This document shows positions 52,026 through 64,000 of a DNA stretch of 64,000 nt, in pieces; positions within the stretch are counted from its first letter, which is position 1, and each line of letters opens with the position of its first letter. The stretch lies in NCBI GenBank assembly GCA_977017645.1, contig OZ360223.1, positions 187,178,001-187,242,000 on the forward strand, written 5' to 3'. This DNA is from Torpedo marmorata. Lineage: Eukaryota. The notes under the pieces were generated by a model. The model had not been told where the DNA came from, did no database searches, and was given only the letters and a program-made list of their open reading frames with translations. A program made the position numbers and the translations under genes.

Positions 52026-55000
52026 TAAAACAAGAAAATCTGTAGACACCGTGATTGAAGTAAAAAACACAAATGCTGGAGAAACTCAGCAGGTCAAACA
52101 GTGTCTTTTATGTAGCAAAGGTAGAAATACATAACCGACGTTTCGGGCTTGAGCCCTTCATCAAAGTATGAGAAAATGCCGGCAGGCATCCGAACAAAAG
52201 AGTGAGGGGGGAAGGGGGGTGGCAAAGGCAGGAGATGATAGTTGGAGAAAGGAGGGACGGGACAGCAGCAAAGAGGGGGAGGAGGGATGGGTGGATAGGT
52301 GGAGGAAAGCAGGAAGGACAGGTGAGGGGGGAGGGGAAGGGAACGACAAGCAGGTTTAGTGGAAAGCAGAAAAGTCAATGTTAATGCCATCTGGCTGGAG
52401 AGTGCCGAGACGGAAAATGAGATGTTGTTCCTTCAATTTGCGGGTAGTGTGGGTGGGATAGTACATAAGGCCATGGACAGACATGTGAGTGTGGGAGTGT
52501 GACCCGGAATTGAAATGGTTGGCTACTGGGAGGTCGCTGTTGTTGCGGACGGAGAGGAGGTGCTCAGCAAAGCGGTTTCCCAATCTACGACCGGTCTCTC
52601 CGATGTAGAGAAATCCACAAAGGGAGCACCGGATGCAGTAAATAAGTTCTCTGGATGTACAAGTGAAGTGTAGTTTCACTTGGAAGGCCTGTTTGGGGCC
52701 CTGGACCGTGATGAGGGGGGAGGTGCAGGCGCAGGTGTTGCACCTCCTGCGGGCACAGGGGAAGGTGCCGGGGGTGCGATGGGTGGGGAGGGATGAGTGC
52801 ACGAGTGAATCGCGGAGGGAACGGTCCCTACGGAAGGCCGAGAGGGAAGGAGAAGGAATAATGTGTCTGGTGGTGGGATCCTGTAGTAAGTGCCGGAAAT
52901 TCCAGCGGATAATGTGTTGGATGCGGAGGCTGGTGGGGTGGTTGGTGAGGAGGGGATTCTATGTTTGTTGCGTCTGGGGGCAGAGGGGGCCAGGGCAGAT
53001 GAGCGGGAAATGGAGGAGATGCGGGTGAGGGCTGAGTTGATGGTGGTGGAGGGGAAGCCACGGTTGTGGAAAAAGGCAGACATTTCAGAAGATCTGGACT
53101 GGAACACCTCATCTTGGGAACAGATGCGGCGGAGGTGGAGAAATTGAGAGAAGGGGATGGAATCCTTGCAGGGGACAGGGTGTGAGGAAGTGTAGTCCAG
53201 ATAGTTGTGGGAGTTGGAGGGTTTGTAGTAAATGTCGGTGGAATGCTTGTCTCCTGAGATGGAGACAGAGAGATCCAGGAAGGGGAGAGTGTTATCGGAG
53301 ATGGACCAGGTGAGTTTGAGATCGTGGTGGAAGTTGGATGCGAAGTGGATGAAGTTGACAAGCTCATCGCGGGTGCATGAGGCAGCCCCGATGTAGTCGT
53401 TGATATAACGGTGGAAGAGATGAGGGGTCTTGCCTGTGTAGGCTTGCAGCATGGATTGCTCCACATAGCCCACAAACAGGCAGGCGTAGCTGGGACCACC
53501 CCCCCCCCCCACCTCATTCTCCCCCACCCCCGCACTGCCCGTTTCTACCTTCTACCCAAGATACACAAACCCAACCATCCGAGCAGACCTATTGTTTCTG
53601 CCTGCTCCTGCCCCACCGAACTAGTTTCATCTTACCTTGACTCCATCTTTTCTCCCCTGGTCCAATCCCTCCCCACCTACATCCGTGACACCTCATATGC
53701 CCTCCATCTCCTCAATGACTTCAGATTCCCTGAACCGGACTGCATCATCTTCACCATGGATGTCCAATCCCTTTATACCTCTATCCCCCACACAGAAGGT
53801 CTGAAAGCACTTAGCTTCTTCCTGGACCAAAGAACCGACCCGTCACCCTCTACCACCACCCTCCTCCGCCTGGCAGAACTTGTCCTCACTCTCAATAACT
53901 TCTCTTTCAACTCATCCCACTTCCTCCAAATCAAAGGAGTAGCATTGGGTCCCCGTTACGCCTGCCTGTTTGTGGGCTTTGTGGAGCAATCCATGCTGCA
54001 AGCCTACACAGTCAAGACCCCTCATCTCTTCCTCCGTTATATCGACGACTACATCGGGGCTGCCTCATGCACCCGCGATGAGCTTGTCAACTTCATCCAC
54101 TTCGCATCCAACTTCCACCACGATCTCAAACTCACCTGGTCCATCTCCGATAACACTCTCCCCTTCCTGGATCTCTCTGTCTCCATCTCAGGAGACAAGC
54201 TTTCCACCGACATTTACTACAAACCCTCCAACTCCCACAACTATCTGGACTACACTTCCTCACACCCTGTCCCCTGCAAGGATTCCATCCCATTCTCTCA
54301 ATTTCTCCACCTCCGCCGCATCTGTTCCCAAGATGAGGTGTTCCACTCCAGATCTTCAGAAATGTCTGCCTTTTTCCACATCCGTGGCTTCCCCTCCACC
54401 ACCATCAACTCAGCCTTCACCTGCATATCCTCCATTTCCCGCTCATCTGCCCTGGCCCCCTCTGCCCCCAGACGCAATAAACATAGAATCCCCCTCATCC
54501 TCACCTACCACCCCACCAGCCTCCGCATCCAACACATTATCCGCCGGAATTTCCGGCACTTACTACAGGATCCCACCACCAGACACATTTTTCCTTCTCC
54601 TCCCCTCTCGGCCTTCCGTTGGGACCGCTCCCTCCGCGATTCACTCGTGCACTCATCCCTCCCCACCCATCGCACCCCCGGCACCTTCCCCTGTGCCCGC
54701 AGAAGGTGCAACACCTGCGCCCACACATCCCCCCCTCACCACGGTCCAGGGCCCCAAACAGGCCTTCCAAGTGAAACTACACATCACTTGTACATCCAGA
54801 GAACTTATTTACTGCATCCGGTGCTCCCTTTGTGGCTTTCTCTACATCGGAGAGACCGATCGTAGATTGGGAGACCGCTTTGCTGAGCAACAACAGCGAC
54901 CTCCCAGTAGCCAACCATTTCAATTCCGGGTCACACTCCCACACTCACATGTCTGTCCATGGCCTTATGTACTATCCCACCCAGACTACCCGCAAATTGG

Positions 55001-55370
55001 AGGAACAACATCTCATTTTCCGTCTCGGCACTCTCCAGCCAGATGGCATTAACATTGACTTTTCTGCTTTCCACTAAACCTGCTTGGCGTTCCCTTCCCC
55101 TCCCCCCTCACCTGTCCTTCCTGCTTTCCTCCACCTACCCAGCCATCCCTCCTCCCCTCTTTGCTGCTGTCCCCTCCCTCCTTTCTCCACCTATCATCTC
55201 CTGCCTTTGCCATCCCCCTTCCCCCGTCACTCTTTTGTTCGGACGCCTGCCGGCATTTTCTCATACTTTGATGAAGTGCTCAAGCCCAAAATGTCGGTTA
55301 TGTATTTCTACCTTTGCTACATAAAAGACACTGTTTGACCTGCTGAGTTTCTCCAGCATTTGTGTTTTTT
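52026..55370. mobile_element. Penelope-like (Neptune-type) retroelement, head-to-head inverted structure
   Basis: TSD (ttttt)acacagcaag (52011-52025 / 55366-55380); + arm RT (FTMDVQSLYTSIP, FLRYIDD), Cys linker CARRRCNTC and GIY-YIG LIYCIRC..LYIGET; the - arm 52060-53496 is its inverted copy. Confidence 0.92.
52130..52170 (-). ncRNA. Minimal hammerhead ribozyme motif in Penelope terminal repeat
   Basis: - strand CAUACU-UUGAUGA-A-GGGC UCAA GCCC-GAAA-CGUC-GGUUAUG: perfect stem II, palindromic ACGU in place of stem III, bulged stem I, C3->U variant. Confidence 0.65.
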
Positions 55371-56576
55371 ACACAGCAAGCTAGCTTCCTGAAGCAAAAG
55401 AGGCGGGACGTGTAGCACAGCAACGTGGCAACACGGCTCGCCGTTTTAGATTGGTCCCGCATCAATACGCTCCATCTCTGATACTACCTACCTTGGCGGA
55501 TAAAAGCCGGGTAAGTTTTGACCCCCCAAATCCGCCTTCGATGTGTTCACACAGCGCTCGAAAGCCAGATAATACCCGGCTTTCAAGTGCCGTATAAAAG
55601 GGGTATTTGATAACCTCAAAACAAAATCAGTCATATTGCTTCCTCATCTTTAAGAAATCCAGTGTTACACATTTGTGCACAAAAATGACAAAGTGCGCAA
55701 ATTCATTATTTAGAGGCTTATGAAGTGTTCTGAAATTGTTTCAATACACTTTGGCCATTAGGTATGATGCGGTTATATTTACATTATTTTAACTGAACTA
55801 GTTTGAAACATTGAAACAGAATGGTTTCAATAGATTCAAGGCGGTTAACAAAACATTTAGAAGATAGATGAGATTTTATTTTTTTCTGCATCAAATTATT
55901 TTGGTTTGAAATGGACTGCCTAGAAGGATGATGATTGCAAAGGAAAAATATTGCAAGGCTGGGGTGGAGAGTGGAGGAAAGGAGCTGAAGAGTTGAGCTC
56001 CTGGTGTAGCTTCTTCCAAGAGCTCACACGGATAGGATGGACTGAATGATTTACTTCTGTGCTGTAAGGTTCTAAGGATTGTTTGCCCCAGAGTCAATAA
56101 GTTACAATGTCTAAGTATCAAGCTGAGATAATTGTCCCTCATTTTGCTGGATCCAATTTTCACACTGTCTATATAAATAGCTCCAGAATGGTTACAAATT
56201 AAGAATCTGGTGGAGAGTTTGCCGCCTCTAACTGTGGTTAACTGTAATTCTTCAATTACTGCTTTTGGTTGAAAATGTAGTAAGTAGGGATTCAAAATAT
56301 TACTTTTTAGTTCTGCACACCTCAGATTAATAACAGGCTGTGCCTTGGGTCACTAAGTTACCAGAGAATCCTTTTGTTTTAAATAACGTATAACCAAGAT
56401 CCATAACATTGATGGTCATGCAATTCCACTGAATCTGATTTATTTTCTGTAAAGACACAAAGAATGGTTGTCATATTCAATCAACATAGATGACATGAAT
56501 CATTGAGATGAATTGCAACAAATTCACAAATTCAAAACTGGAAGCTTATTACAGGCATAATAATAAGTCATTAGTC

Positions 56577-56581
<5 letters not shown>

Positions 56582-56612
<31 letters not shown>
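56582..56612. repeat. (TA)n microsatellite
   Basis: Visible TA run. Confidence 0.95.
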
Positions 56613-56618
<6 letters not shown>

Positions 56619-56902
56619 TGTCAGCTATATGTCAGTATGAAAATATTAGATCTTCGCTTGTGAGCACATTGTTTGCTTCATCAAATGATAAGTTGAAGCC
56701 CCAATAAGGAGAATAACTTCTCATTATAAATTTTATTTGGATAGATTATTGCCTTCATTACATTTGTTAACATTCTTAAGCATTACTGCAATATGTGGAA
56801 ATGATTGAGGCAAAAAGAAAAAAAAGTCTCTCAAAAATCCATTGCTGAAAATAGGGTGAGAACTGCTCATTTCATTTGCAAAAATTACATTTTTTCTTTC
56901 AG

Positions 56903-57022
56903 ACTGAAACAAATGACAAAGAAATTTCAGATTTTGCTGGCTCAATTACTGCTGGAGAGAATATAAAACACAATTCAGATGTCTTTAATTTAGCCTATTC
57001 CACAAACCTGCCAGTACCCCAT
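56903..57022 (+). CDS. PATJ: Probable next PATJ exon (linker after PDZ5)
   Basis: tttttctttcag acceptor and GTAAGT donor; 120 nt, phase 0-0, open frame TETNDKEISDFAGSITAGENIKHNSDVFNLAYSTNLPVPH; weak likeness to recalled human NEDKTEFSGTI and similar length. Confidence 0.7.
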
Positions 57023-57329
57023 GTAAGTACCTATATATTAGGAGTTTAAAATTAATGTTGAAGTATTTCTATATGGGTGTTTGTGATGCATGTATGAAGT
57101 GTTATGGTTAATTACTGAACTACTAATCTGGAGGATTACACTAATGATCTGGAGATGGAAGTCAATTATCACCTGAAAAGATGGGAAATGGACGTCACGT
57201 GATGGAGTGGAGTCAGGGCGTAGAAACCCGACTCTCCTGGGACCATTAAAAAAAGTTTAATTAAAAAACGTTTTTCTAAAGTTTAAACTTATTTAAAAGT
57301 GATATAAAGTTACTAAAGAAAGAATAAGA

Positions 57330-58451
57330 ATGCCTCCAAAGAAGGATAAAACAGTTAAAGACTTACCAAAACTTCAACGGAGAGAGAAGACCTCGACTGT
57401 GAAAAGGCCTCGGCAGCAGGGAGCTGGAGTGCGAACGGAGCCCCAGGAAGAGGCTCCGTTGATGGGAACGGCTGCAGGCACTGATCCCTCCCGACGCCAA
57501 AAACATGGCGCCGGTGAGGAAATCGGGCCTGCTTCGCGCATGCGCGAAACTCTGCCAATAACATCGGAGACAATGACCTCAGATCAGGGAGACACGAGCA
57601 GCTCTGATCTGGAAGACGAAGGAGACCAGCTGGAGGCCGAAGCGTTACAACAACAACCACCGGAGACGTCACAGCAAGTATTTAAAGGGAAAGCATCAAC
57701 CACTACAGCTATACTAACAGCACTTAATGAATTAAAAGAAGATATGAAACATGTGAAAAAGGTGATTGATGATATGAAAGGTTTGAAGTTAAAAGTGAAC
57801 AAGATTGAAAATAAAGTTAAGAAAATAAAAGTAGAAGTGGAAAATACTGAAGGAAGAGTGGAGGTAGTGGAAAATAATTATACTGTTTTAGAAATGGAAA
57901 ATAAAAAGCTCAAGCAGCAAGTGGACATATTGGAAAACTTTAGTAGAAGAAATAACATAAAGATCGTTGGTCTTAAAGAAGGTGAGGAAGGACAGGATAT
58001 GATCGCTTTTATGAAGGCCTGGCTACCTGACGTGCTGGGCGCAGATAAGTTTGATCATGAAATTGAAATCGAAAGAGCCCACAGGGCATTAAGAGCAGGA
58101 CCAGCACAAGATCAGTATCCGTGTTCTATACTGGTCAAATTTTTAAGATATCAAGATAGGGAGCGAATTTTGCAGATCGCAATGGAGGCAGCCAGACAGA
58201 GAGGAGGTCCTTTGATGTGTAAAGCAGCCAAAGTTCTTTTTTACCCTGACATAAGCGCCGACTTGATGAAGAGGAGGAAAGAATTCAATGCAGCTAAAAA
58301 GACTTTGTGGGAGAAGGGATATAGATTTGTGCTGCGACACCCAGCGACCTTGAAGATCTTCATACCAGACCAGCAAAACAAATTTTTTACAAACTATACT
58401 TTAGCAGAGGAATTTGCTAATGAGCTGCCGCCGATTAGGGATGAGCGTTGA
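57330..58451 (+). CDS. L1 ORF1p (coiled coil, RRM, CTD), intact
   Basis: 373-aa open frame with LENFSRRNNIKIVG, IERAHR, FYPD motifs. Confidence 0.92.
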   Translation: MPPKKDKTVKDLPKLQRREKTSTVKRPRQQGAGVRTEPQEEAPLMGTAAGTDPSRRQKHGAGEEIGPASRMRETLPITSETMTSDQGDTSSSDLEDEGDQLEAEALQQQPPETSQQVFKGKASTTTAILTALNELKEDMKHVKKVIDDMKGLKLKVNKIENKVKKIKVEVENTEGRVEVVENNYTVLEMENKKLKQQVDILENFSRRNNIKIVGLKEGEEGQDMIAFMKAWLPDVLGADKFDHEIEIERAHRALRAGPAQDQYPCSILVKFLRYQDRERILQIAMEAARQRGGPLMCKAAKVLFYPDISADLMKRRKEFNAAKKTLWEKGYRFVLRHPATLKIFIPDQQNKFFTNYTLAEEFANELPPIRDER

Positions 58452-58885
58452 AAAATGAATGTTTTTTTTATATTATATATTGGTAAAAAGTGTGATATAT
58501 ACCAGTTTATAACTTGGTAAATCTGATGATAAAAGAATGTTTATGCTAAAAGTGTGATACCAGGGGGGTCGGGGAGAGGAGGGTGAGATCCTGACTTCTG
58601 CTATAATCATGTGTACTTTTGCGGCTAAGGCCGCGGCCCGTAAAATAGAGGGGGGTAGCGCTGTATATATTAATAGCGCTAGTGGGGTTATAGTTAGACT
58701 ATGTTTTCTTTTCTACAGGGAGGGGGGAATGTATTTATTAACTATATTTTTCTTATATTAATTGTATGTATTATTGCAAGGAATACATGTTGGCTCGATG
58801 GAGATTGAAGAAAGTAGTTATGGAGGGTGAGAAAGGGGTCTGGGATGGAGGGGGTAACATTAACAGAAACGAAACATAATTAAAA

Positions 58886-61800
58886 ATGAGTAATGTATTA
58901 AGATTTTTGAATTTTAATATTAATGGGATAAATGGACCAATTAAAAGGAAAAGAGTTTTAGCATATATTAAAAAATTGGGTGTTGATGTGGCTTTCTTTC
59001 AAGAGACACATTTAACAGAGAAGGAACATCTGAAATTAAAAAGAGATTGGGTGGGATATGTAATGGCTTCTTCATTTAATAGTAAGGCAAGGGGTGTGGC
59101 AATTTTAATAAAAAAGAATCTTCCAATTAAGATACAAAATGTTGTAACAGATCCCGCAGGAAGATATGTAATGATTAATTGCCAGATATTTTCTGAACTT
59201 TGGACCTTTTTGAATATATATGCTCCTAATACGGATGATGATAAATTTATTCAAGAGACCTTTCTTAACATAGCGGAAGCGCATGAAAATATCATAATTG
59301 GGGGAGATTTCAATTTTTGTCCAGACCCGGTTCTGGACAAATCTACAAGAGGAGGGAGGAGAACTAAAGCAGCAAAAGCCACGTTGGTGTTAATGAATGA
59401 TTTAAATTTGATTGATGCTTGGAGGAGAATTCACCCTAGAGATAAAGATTTTTCATTTTATTCTACTAGACATGATTCTTATTCTAGAATTGACTTATTC
59501 TTAGCTTCAGCTCAAATACAAGATAGAACTTTGGAAATAGAATATAAAGCTAGAATCCTGTCTGATCATTCACCTTTATTGATGACAGTGATTGTACCTG
59601 ATAAAGAGAAATCGATATATAGTTGGAGATTAAACCCTATGTTATTAAAAAGAACAGATTTTTGTGATTTTATAAAGAGGCAAATTCAGATATTTTGTGA
59701 AACAAATTTAAATTCAGTGACTGATAAATTTGTAATATGGGAAACTTTAAAAGTATTTTTAAGAGGTCAAATTATAAGTTACTCTTCAAAAATTAAAAAA
59801 GATTATATGAAAGAAATAGATAAATTAGAAAAAGAGATAACGATTTTAGAAAAGGACTTGCAAACGAGGAGTTCTGTAGATAAAAGTAGACAATTAACTA
59901 ATAAAAAGTTACAGTATAATATGTTACAGACTTATAGAACGGAAAAAACTATTATAAGAACTAAGCAAAGATATTATGAGTTAGGTGAACGTGCACATAA
60001 AGTATTAGCATGGCAATTAAAAACGGAGCAGGTATCAAGAACAATTAATGCAATTAAAACTGAGACTGATGTCATTAGTTATAAGCCCCAAACAATAAAT
60101 GATTCTTTTAAAAAATTCTATTCTAATTTATATAAATCAGAATCTTTACAAGATGATAGTAAAATTGATAATTATTTATCTCAGATAAATTTGCCAACAT
60201 TAAATGTACAAGAGCGATTAGAACTAAGCACACAGTTTACACAAAGGGAAGTAAAGGATGCAATTAGCTCATTACAAAGTAATAAAGCACCGGGAGAGGA
60301 TGGTTTCCCACCAGAGTTTTATAAAGAATTCAAGGAATTATTGACTCCCATTTTTATGGATATGTTACAACAAGCATCAGTGACCCATACACTTCCAGAA
60401 TCTTTTTCAACTGCAATAATTACAGTAATACCAAAAAAGGATAGAGATCCATTGAAACCATCGTCATATAGACCAATTTCATTATTGAATACAGATTATA
60501 AGATTGCAGCAAAAATTCTGGCAAATAGGATAACAAAATTTCTGCCAAAGTTAGTAAATATGGATCAAACAGGCTTCATAAAAAAAAGACAAGCAGCAGA
60601 TAATGTAGCAAGGTTACTTAGTATTATGTATTTAGCTCAAAATAGGAAAGTACGAAGTGTAGCAGTGGCATTAGATGCAGAAAAAGCTTTTGATAGGTTG
60701 GAATGGGACTTTTTATTTAAAGTTTTGGAAAAATTTGGGTTTGGGAAGACTTATATAGATTGGATTAAAGCGTTATATAACGCTCCAAAAGCCAAAGTAG
60801 TGACAAATGGACAAATATCAACCCCTTTTTGTTTAACAAGATCTAGTCGGCAAGGGTGCCCATTGTCACCAGCTCTATTTGTATTAGCTATAGAACCGTT
60901 AGCAGAGGCGATTAGAAGTTATGTGGCAATTAAAGGATTTACAGTTGGTCAAGAGCAACATAAAATAAGTCTATTTGAGGATGATGTTTTAATATATTTG
61001 ACAGAACCTGAGACTTCTTTGCAAAGGTTACATTTTAAATTGGAGGAATATGGCAAAGTTTCTGGATATAAGATAAATTGGGATAAAAGTGAAGTTATGC
61101 CTCTTACAGAAGGAGACTACGCTGTATGTAAAAGAATTACCCAGTTTAAATGGCCACATAATGGAATAAAATATCTAGGGGTTCGGACAGATAATAAATT
61201 AAATTTATATAAATGGAACTATGTACCATTACTTAATAAGATTAAGGAGGATCTAGAGAAATGGATTAATCTACCAATCACATTGATAGGAAGAGTTAAT
61301 TGTATTAAAATGAATATATTTCCAAGGATACAGTATTTGTATCAGACTATACCTATTTCATTATCACAGGTATTTTTTCAAGACTTAAATAAACAGGTGC
61401 GAAAATTTTTATGGAAAGGCAAAATGTCAAGAGTATCGATGGAACGTTTAACATGGAAGTATGAATTGGGAGGTTTACAACTCCCTAATTTTAAGAACTA
61501 TTATAGAGCGGCACAGATGCATTTTATTGCTTCTTTTTTTGAAACTGAAGAAAGACCTGCGTGGTTTGGAATAGAACTTGGAGAAATAGGAGAGAAGACA
61601 CCACAAGAATTTATATATAAATGGAATTCAAAATTGTTGACAGGTGTTAAAGAAACACCGTTATTAAAACATCTGATTAATGCTTGGAATAAGGTTAATG
61701 ACGATATAGGATTGAAAGGAAGTATATCACCTAAAGTGCCATTGATACAGAACAATTTGATACCATTTACAAAGGATAACCCTTTTTTAAATACATGGTC

Positions 61801-62660
61801 ATTAAAAGGAATAAAGAAGATAGAAGATTGTTATGAAGGAAATCAAATGATGTCATTTATACAATTACAGAATAAATATGGAATACCTAGAAATATATTT
61901 TTTTGCTATTTTCAACTAATAGCTTATTTAAGAGAAAAATTAGGTCCAGATATGTTGTTACAAGATTGTAGTGAGGTAGAAACTATTATCAGGAAAGGAA
62001 ATACTAAGAAATTTACTTCTATAGTATATTCTTTGTTACAGAGGGGAGCTTTAAAACGAGGACTTCATAAGTCTAGACAAAGATGGGAACAAGATCTTAA
62101 TATTACAATTGATGAAAAAAGATGGTCGGATCTATGTTTAGATAGTATGACTAATACTGTTAATGTAAGATATAGACTGGTACAGTACAACTTTTTACAT
62201 CAATTATATCTCACACCACAAAAATTGAACAAGATGAACTCTGCAATATCAAATAGATGTTTTAGATGTGGTGAAGAAGAAGGAACTTTTTTTACATTCA
62301 ACGTGGTCATGTTCAAAAGTTAAAGATTTTTGGACAGAGTTAGGAAACCGGTTAAAACAAATTACAGGTGTTACATTTCCTCAGAATCCTGACTTATTCT
62401 TATTGGGAAATGTAGAAGGAACTAGACCAAAATTGAAATTATCTATATGGCAATTAAAGTTCGTAAAAATTGCATTAGCAGTAGCTAGGAAATGTATAGC
62501 AGTAACTTGGAAATCGGATACAAATTTAAGTATGGATAGATGGAATTCAGAGATGCAGAGTTGTATCCCATTGTAAAAAATAACGTACAATATGAGGAAT
62601 AAATATGGATTCTTTTTGCAAATTTGACGTCCATTTATCCAATTATTAGGAATGAATATT
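58886..62660 (+). pseudogene. L1 ORF2p (EN-RT-CCHC), inactivated
   Basis: Open 1145-aa frame to 62323; RT motif reads LFEDD rather than LFADD; frameshift in the T-run near 62286-62293; C-terminus continues in ORF 62268-62576 with stops. Confidence 0.9.
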
Positions 62661-63174
62661 TAAATATGTTGCCCTACATCCCAGACCCTGCTGACTCTCT
62701 TAAGTTTAAATTTGAAGAATGAACATTGTTGAATTTCTTGCATCGAGCCATGGATCTGTACAGATATATTTTCACTTTTTCTTTTCCTTTCTCTTTTCTT
62801 TTTTAGTTCTAGTATGGGGAGGGGATAAGGGATGGGAAGGGTGGAGGGTGGGTTGTTTTAGTAAGGGTGGGTTTAGATGGGGTTAGATTCATGGTAATAC
62901 GAAATTCCTATGTATCGAACTTAACCAATGTTTACTATGTATTATGTTATTTTGTATTATTGTGAAAAATTTGAAAAATTTAAAATAAAATATTAAAAAA
63001 AAAAAGAAAAGATGGGAAATTTAAATTCAAGTAAGTAATTAAATAAATTTGGCCTAAAACTAATATGTGGCAAGAAACAGCAAACTACTGGATCATCATA
63101 AAAACCCTATCTGTTTTACTAACATACTTTAGAAAAAGAAAACTGTTCTTCTCGACTTACAGAAATACTGTTTA

Positions 63175-64000
63175 TCTGACTACACTTCCTCACACCCTGT
63201 CCCCTGCAAGGATTCCATCCCCTTCTCTCAATTTCTCCGTCTCCGCCGCATCTGTTCCCAAGATCAGGTGTTCCAGTCCAGATCTTCTGAAAAGTCTGCC
63301 TTTTTCCACAAACGTGACTTCCCCTCCACCACCATCAACTCAGCCCTCGCCCGCATCTCCTCCATTTCCTGCTCATCTGCCCTGGCCCCCTCTGCCCCCA
63401 GACGCAACAAACATAGAATCCCCCTCATCCTCACCTACCACCCCACAAGCCTCCGCATCCAACACATTATCCTCCGGAATTTCCGGCACTTACTACAGGA
63501 TCCCACCACGAGACACATTTTTCCTTCTCCTCCCCTCTCGGCCTTCCGTTGGGACCGCTCCCTCCGCGATTCACTCGTGCACTCATCCCTCCCCACCCAT
63601 CGCACCCCCGGCACCTTCCCCTGTGCCCGCAGGAGGTGCAACACCTGCGCCCACACCTCCCCCCTCACCACGGTCCGGGGCCCCAAACAAGCCTTTCAAG
63701 TGAAACTACACTTCACTTGTACATCCAGAGAACTTATTTTCTGCATCTGGTGCTCCCTTTGTGGCTTTCTCTACGTCGGAGAGACCGATCGTAGATTGGG
63801 AGATCGCTTTGCTGAGCACCTCCTCTCCGTCCGCAACAACAGTGACCTCCCAGTAGCCAACCATTTCAATTCCGAGTCACACTCCCACACTCACATGTCT
63901 GTCCATGGCCTTATGTACTATCCCACCCAGACTACCCGCAAATTGGAGGAACAACATCTCATTTTCCGTCTGGGCACTCTCCAGCCAGATGGCATTAACA
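63175..64000 (+). mobile_element. Penelope-like element 3' portion (runs off the window end)
   Basis: Near-identical to 54247-55052 (thumb, linker, GIY-YIG). Confidence 0.92.

Larger units (their letters stand above)
51905..55605. mobile_element. MITE-like DNA element (gcccttttt-acac / gtataaaagggg ends) hosting the Penelope insertion
   Basis: Flanks 51905-52025 and 55381-55605 rejoin into a sequence homologous to 42350-42480. Confidence 0.55.
57190..63005 (+). mobile_element. Full-length L1 (family B)
   Basis: TSD gaaaagatgggaaat (57175-57189 / 63006-63020); 5' UTR, ORF1, 434-bp spacer, ORF2, G-rich 3' UTR, AATAAA, poly-A. The host appears to be a decayed tRNA-derived SINE (about 57100-57189 plus 63021-63150; low confidence). 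Confidence 0.96.

Noticed and set aside
53970-55052. Long Pro/Ser/Thr-rich ORFs (also 52828-53535 and 63065-63703) as separate genes
   Set aside because: These are alternative frames of the C-rich Penelope ORF, which is poor in stop codons; only the GIY-YIG tail reached by frameshift is meaningful.
56440-56520. Possible exon after ttttctgtaaag
   Set aside because: In-frame stops and no donor; 56903-57022 fits much better.
3155-57022. MPDZ (MUPP1) as the gene identity
   Set aside because: [29 protein letters not shown] and GELALW match my recollection of PATJ/INADL rather than its paralogue MPDZ.

Overview
Vertebrate genomic DNA, probably from a cartilaginous fish (inferred from the repeat complement). 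The window lies inside the tight-junction scaffold gene PATJ (INADL) on the + strand. Seven coding exons (3155-3231, 3712-3768, 8959-9093, 11590-11751, 16460-16591, 51434-51643, 56903-57022) splice in frame and cover two PDZ domains (PDZ4 and PDZ5 by human numbering). There is also a candidate extra 66-nt cassette exon at 13401-13466. The introns, including one of about 34.8 kb that splits PDZ5, are packed with nested transposons: CR1, Rex1/Babar-type and RTE LINEs; several L1 copies with target-site duplications (TSDs), one of them full-length; a Gmr1-like Gypsy element (PR-INT-RT-RH order, tRNA-Pro PBS) and solo LTRs; a Tigger remnant; MITEs; and Penelope-like elements. The most notable system is a set of Penelope-type termini carrying minimal hammerhead-ribozyme motifs. 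These occur both in a 3.3-kb head-to-head inverted element and in 200-250 bp non-coding fold-back mini-elements with their own TSDs and a shared ~35-nt tail. All calls come from reading the sequence; no searches were run.
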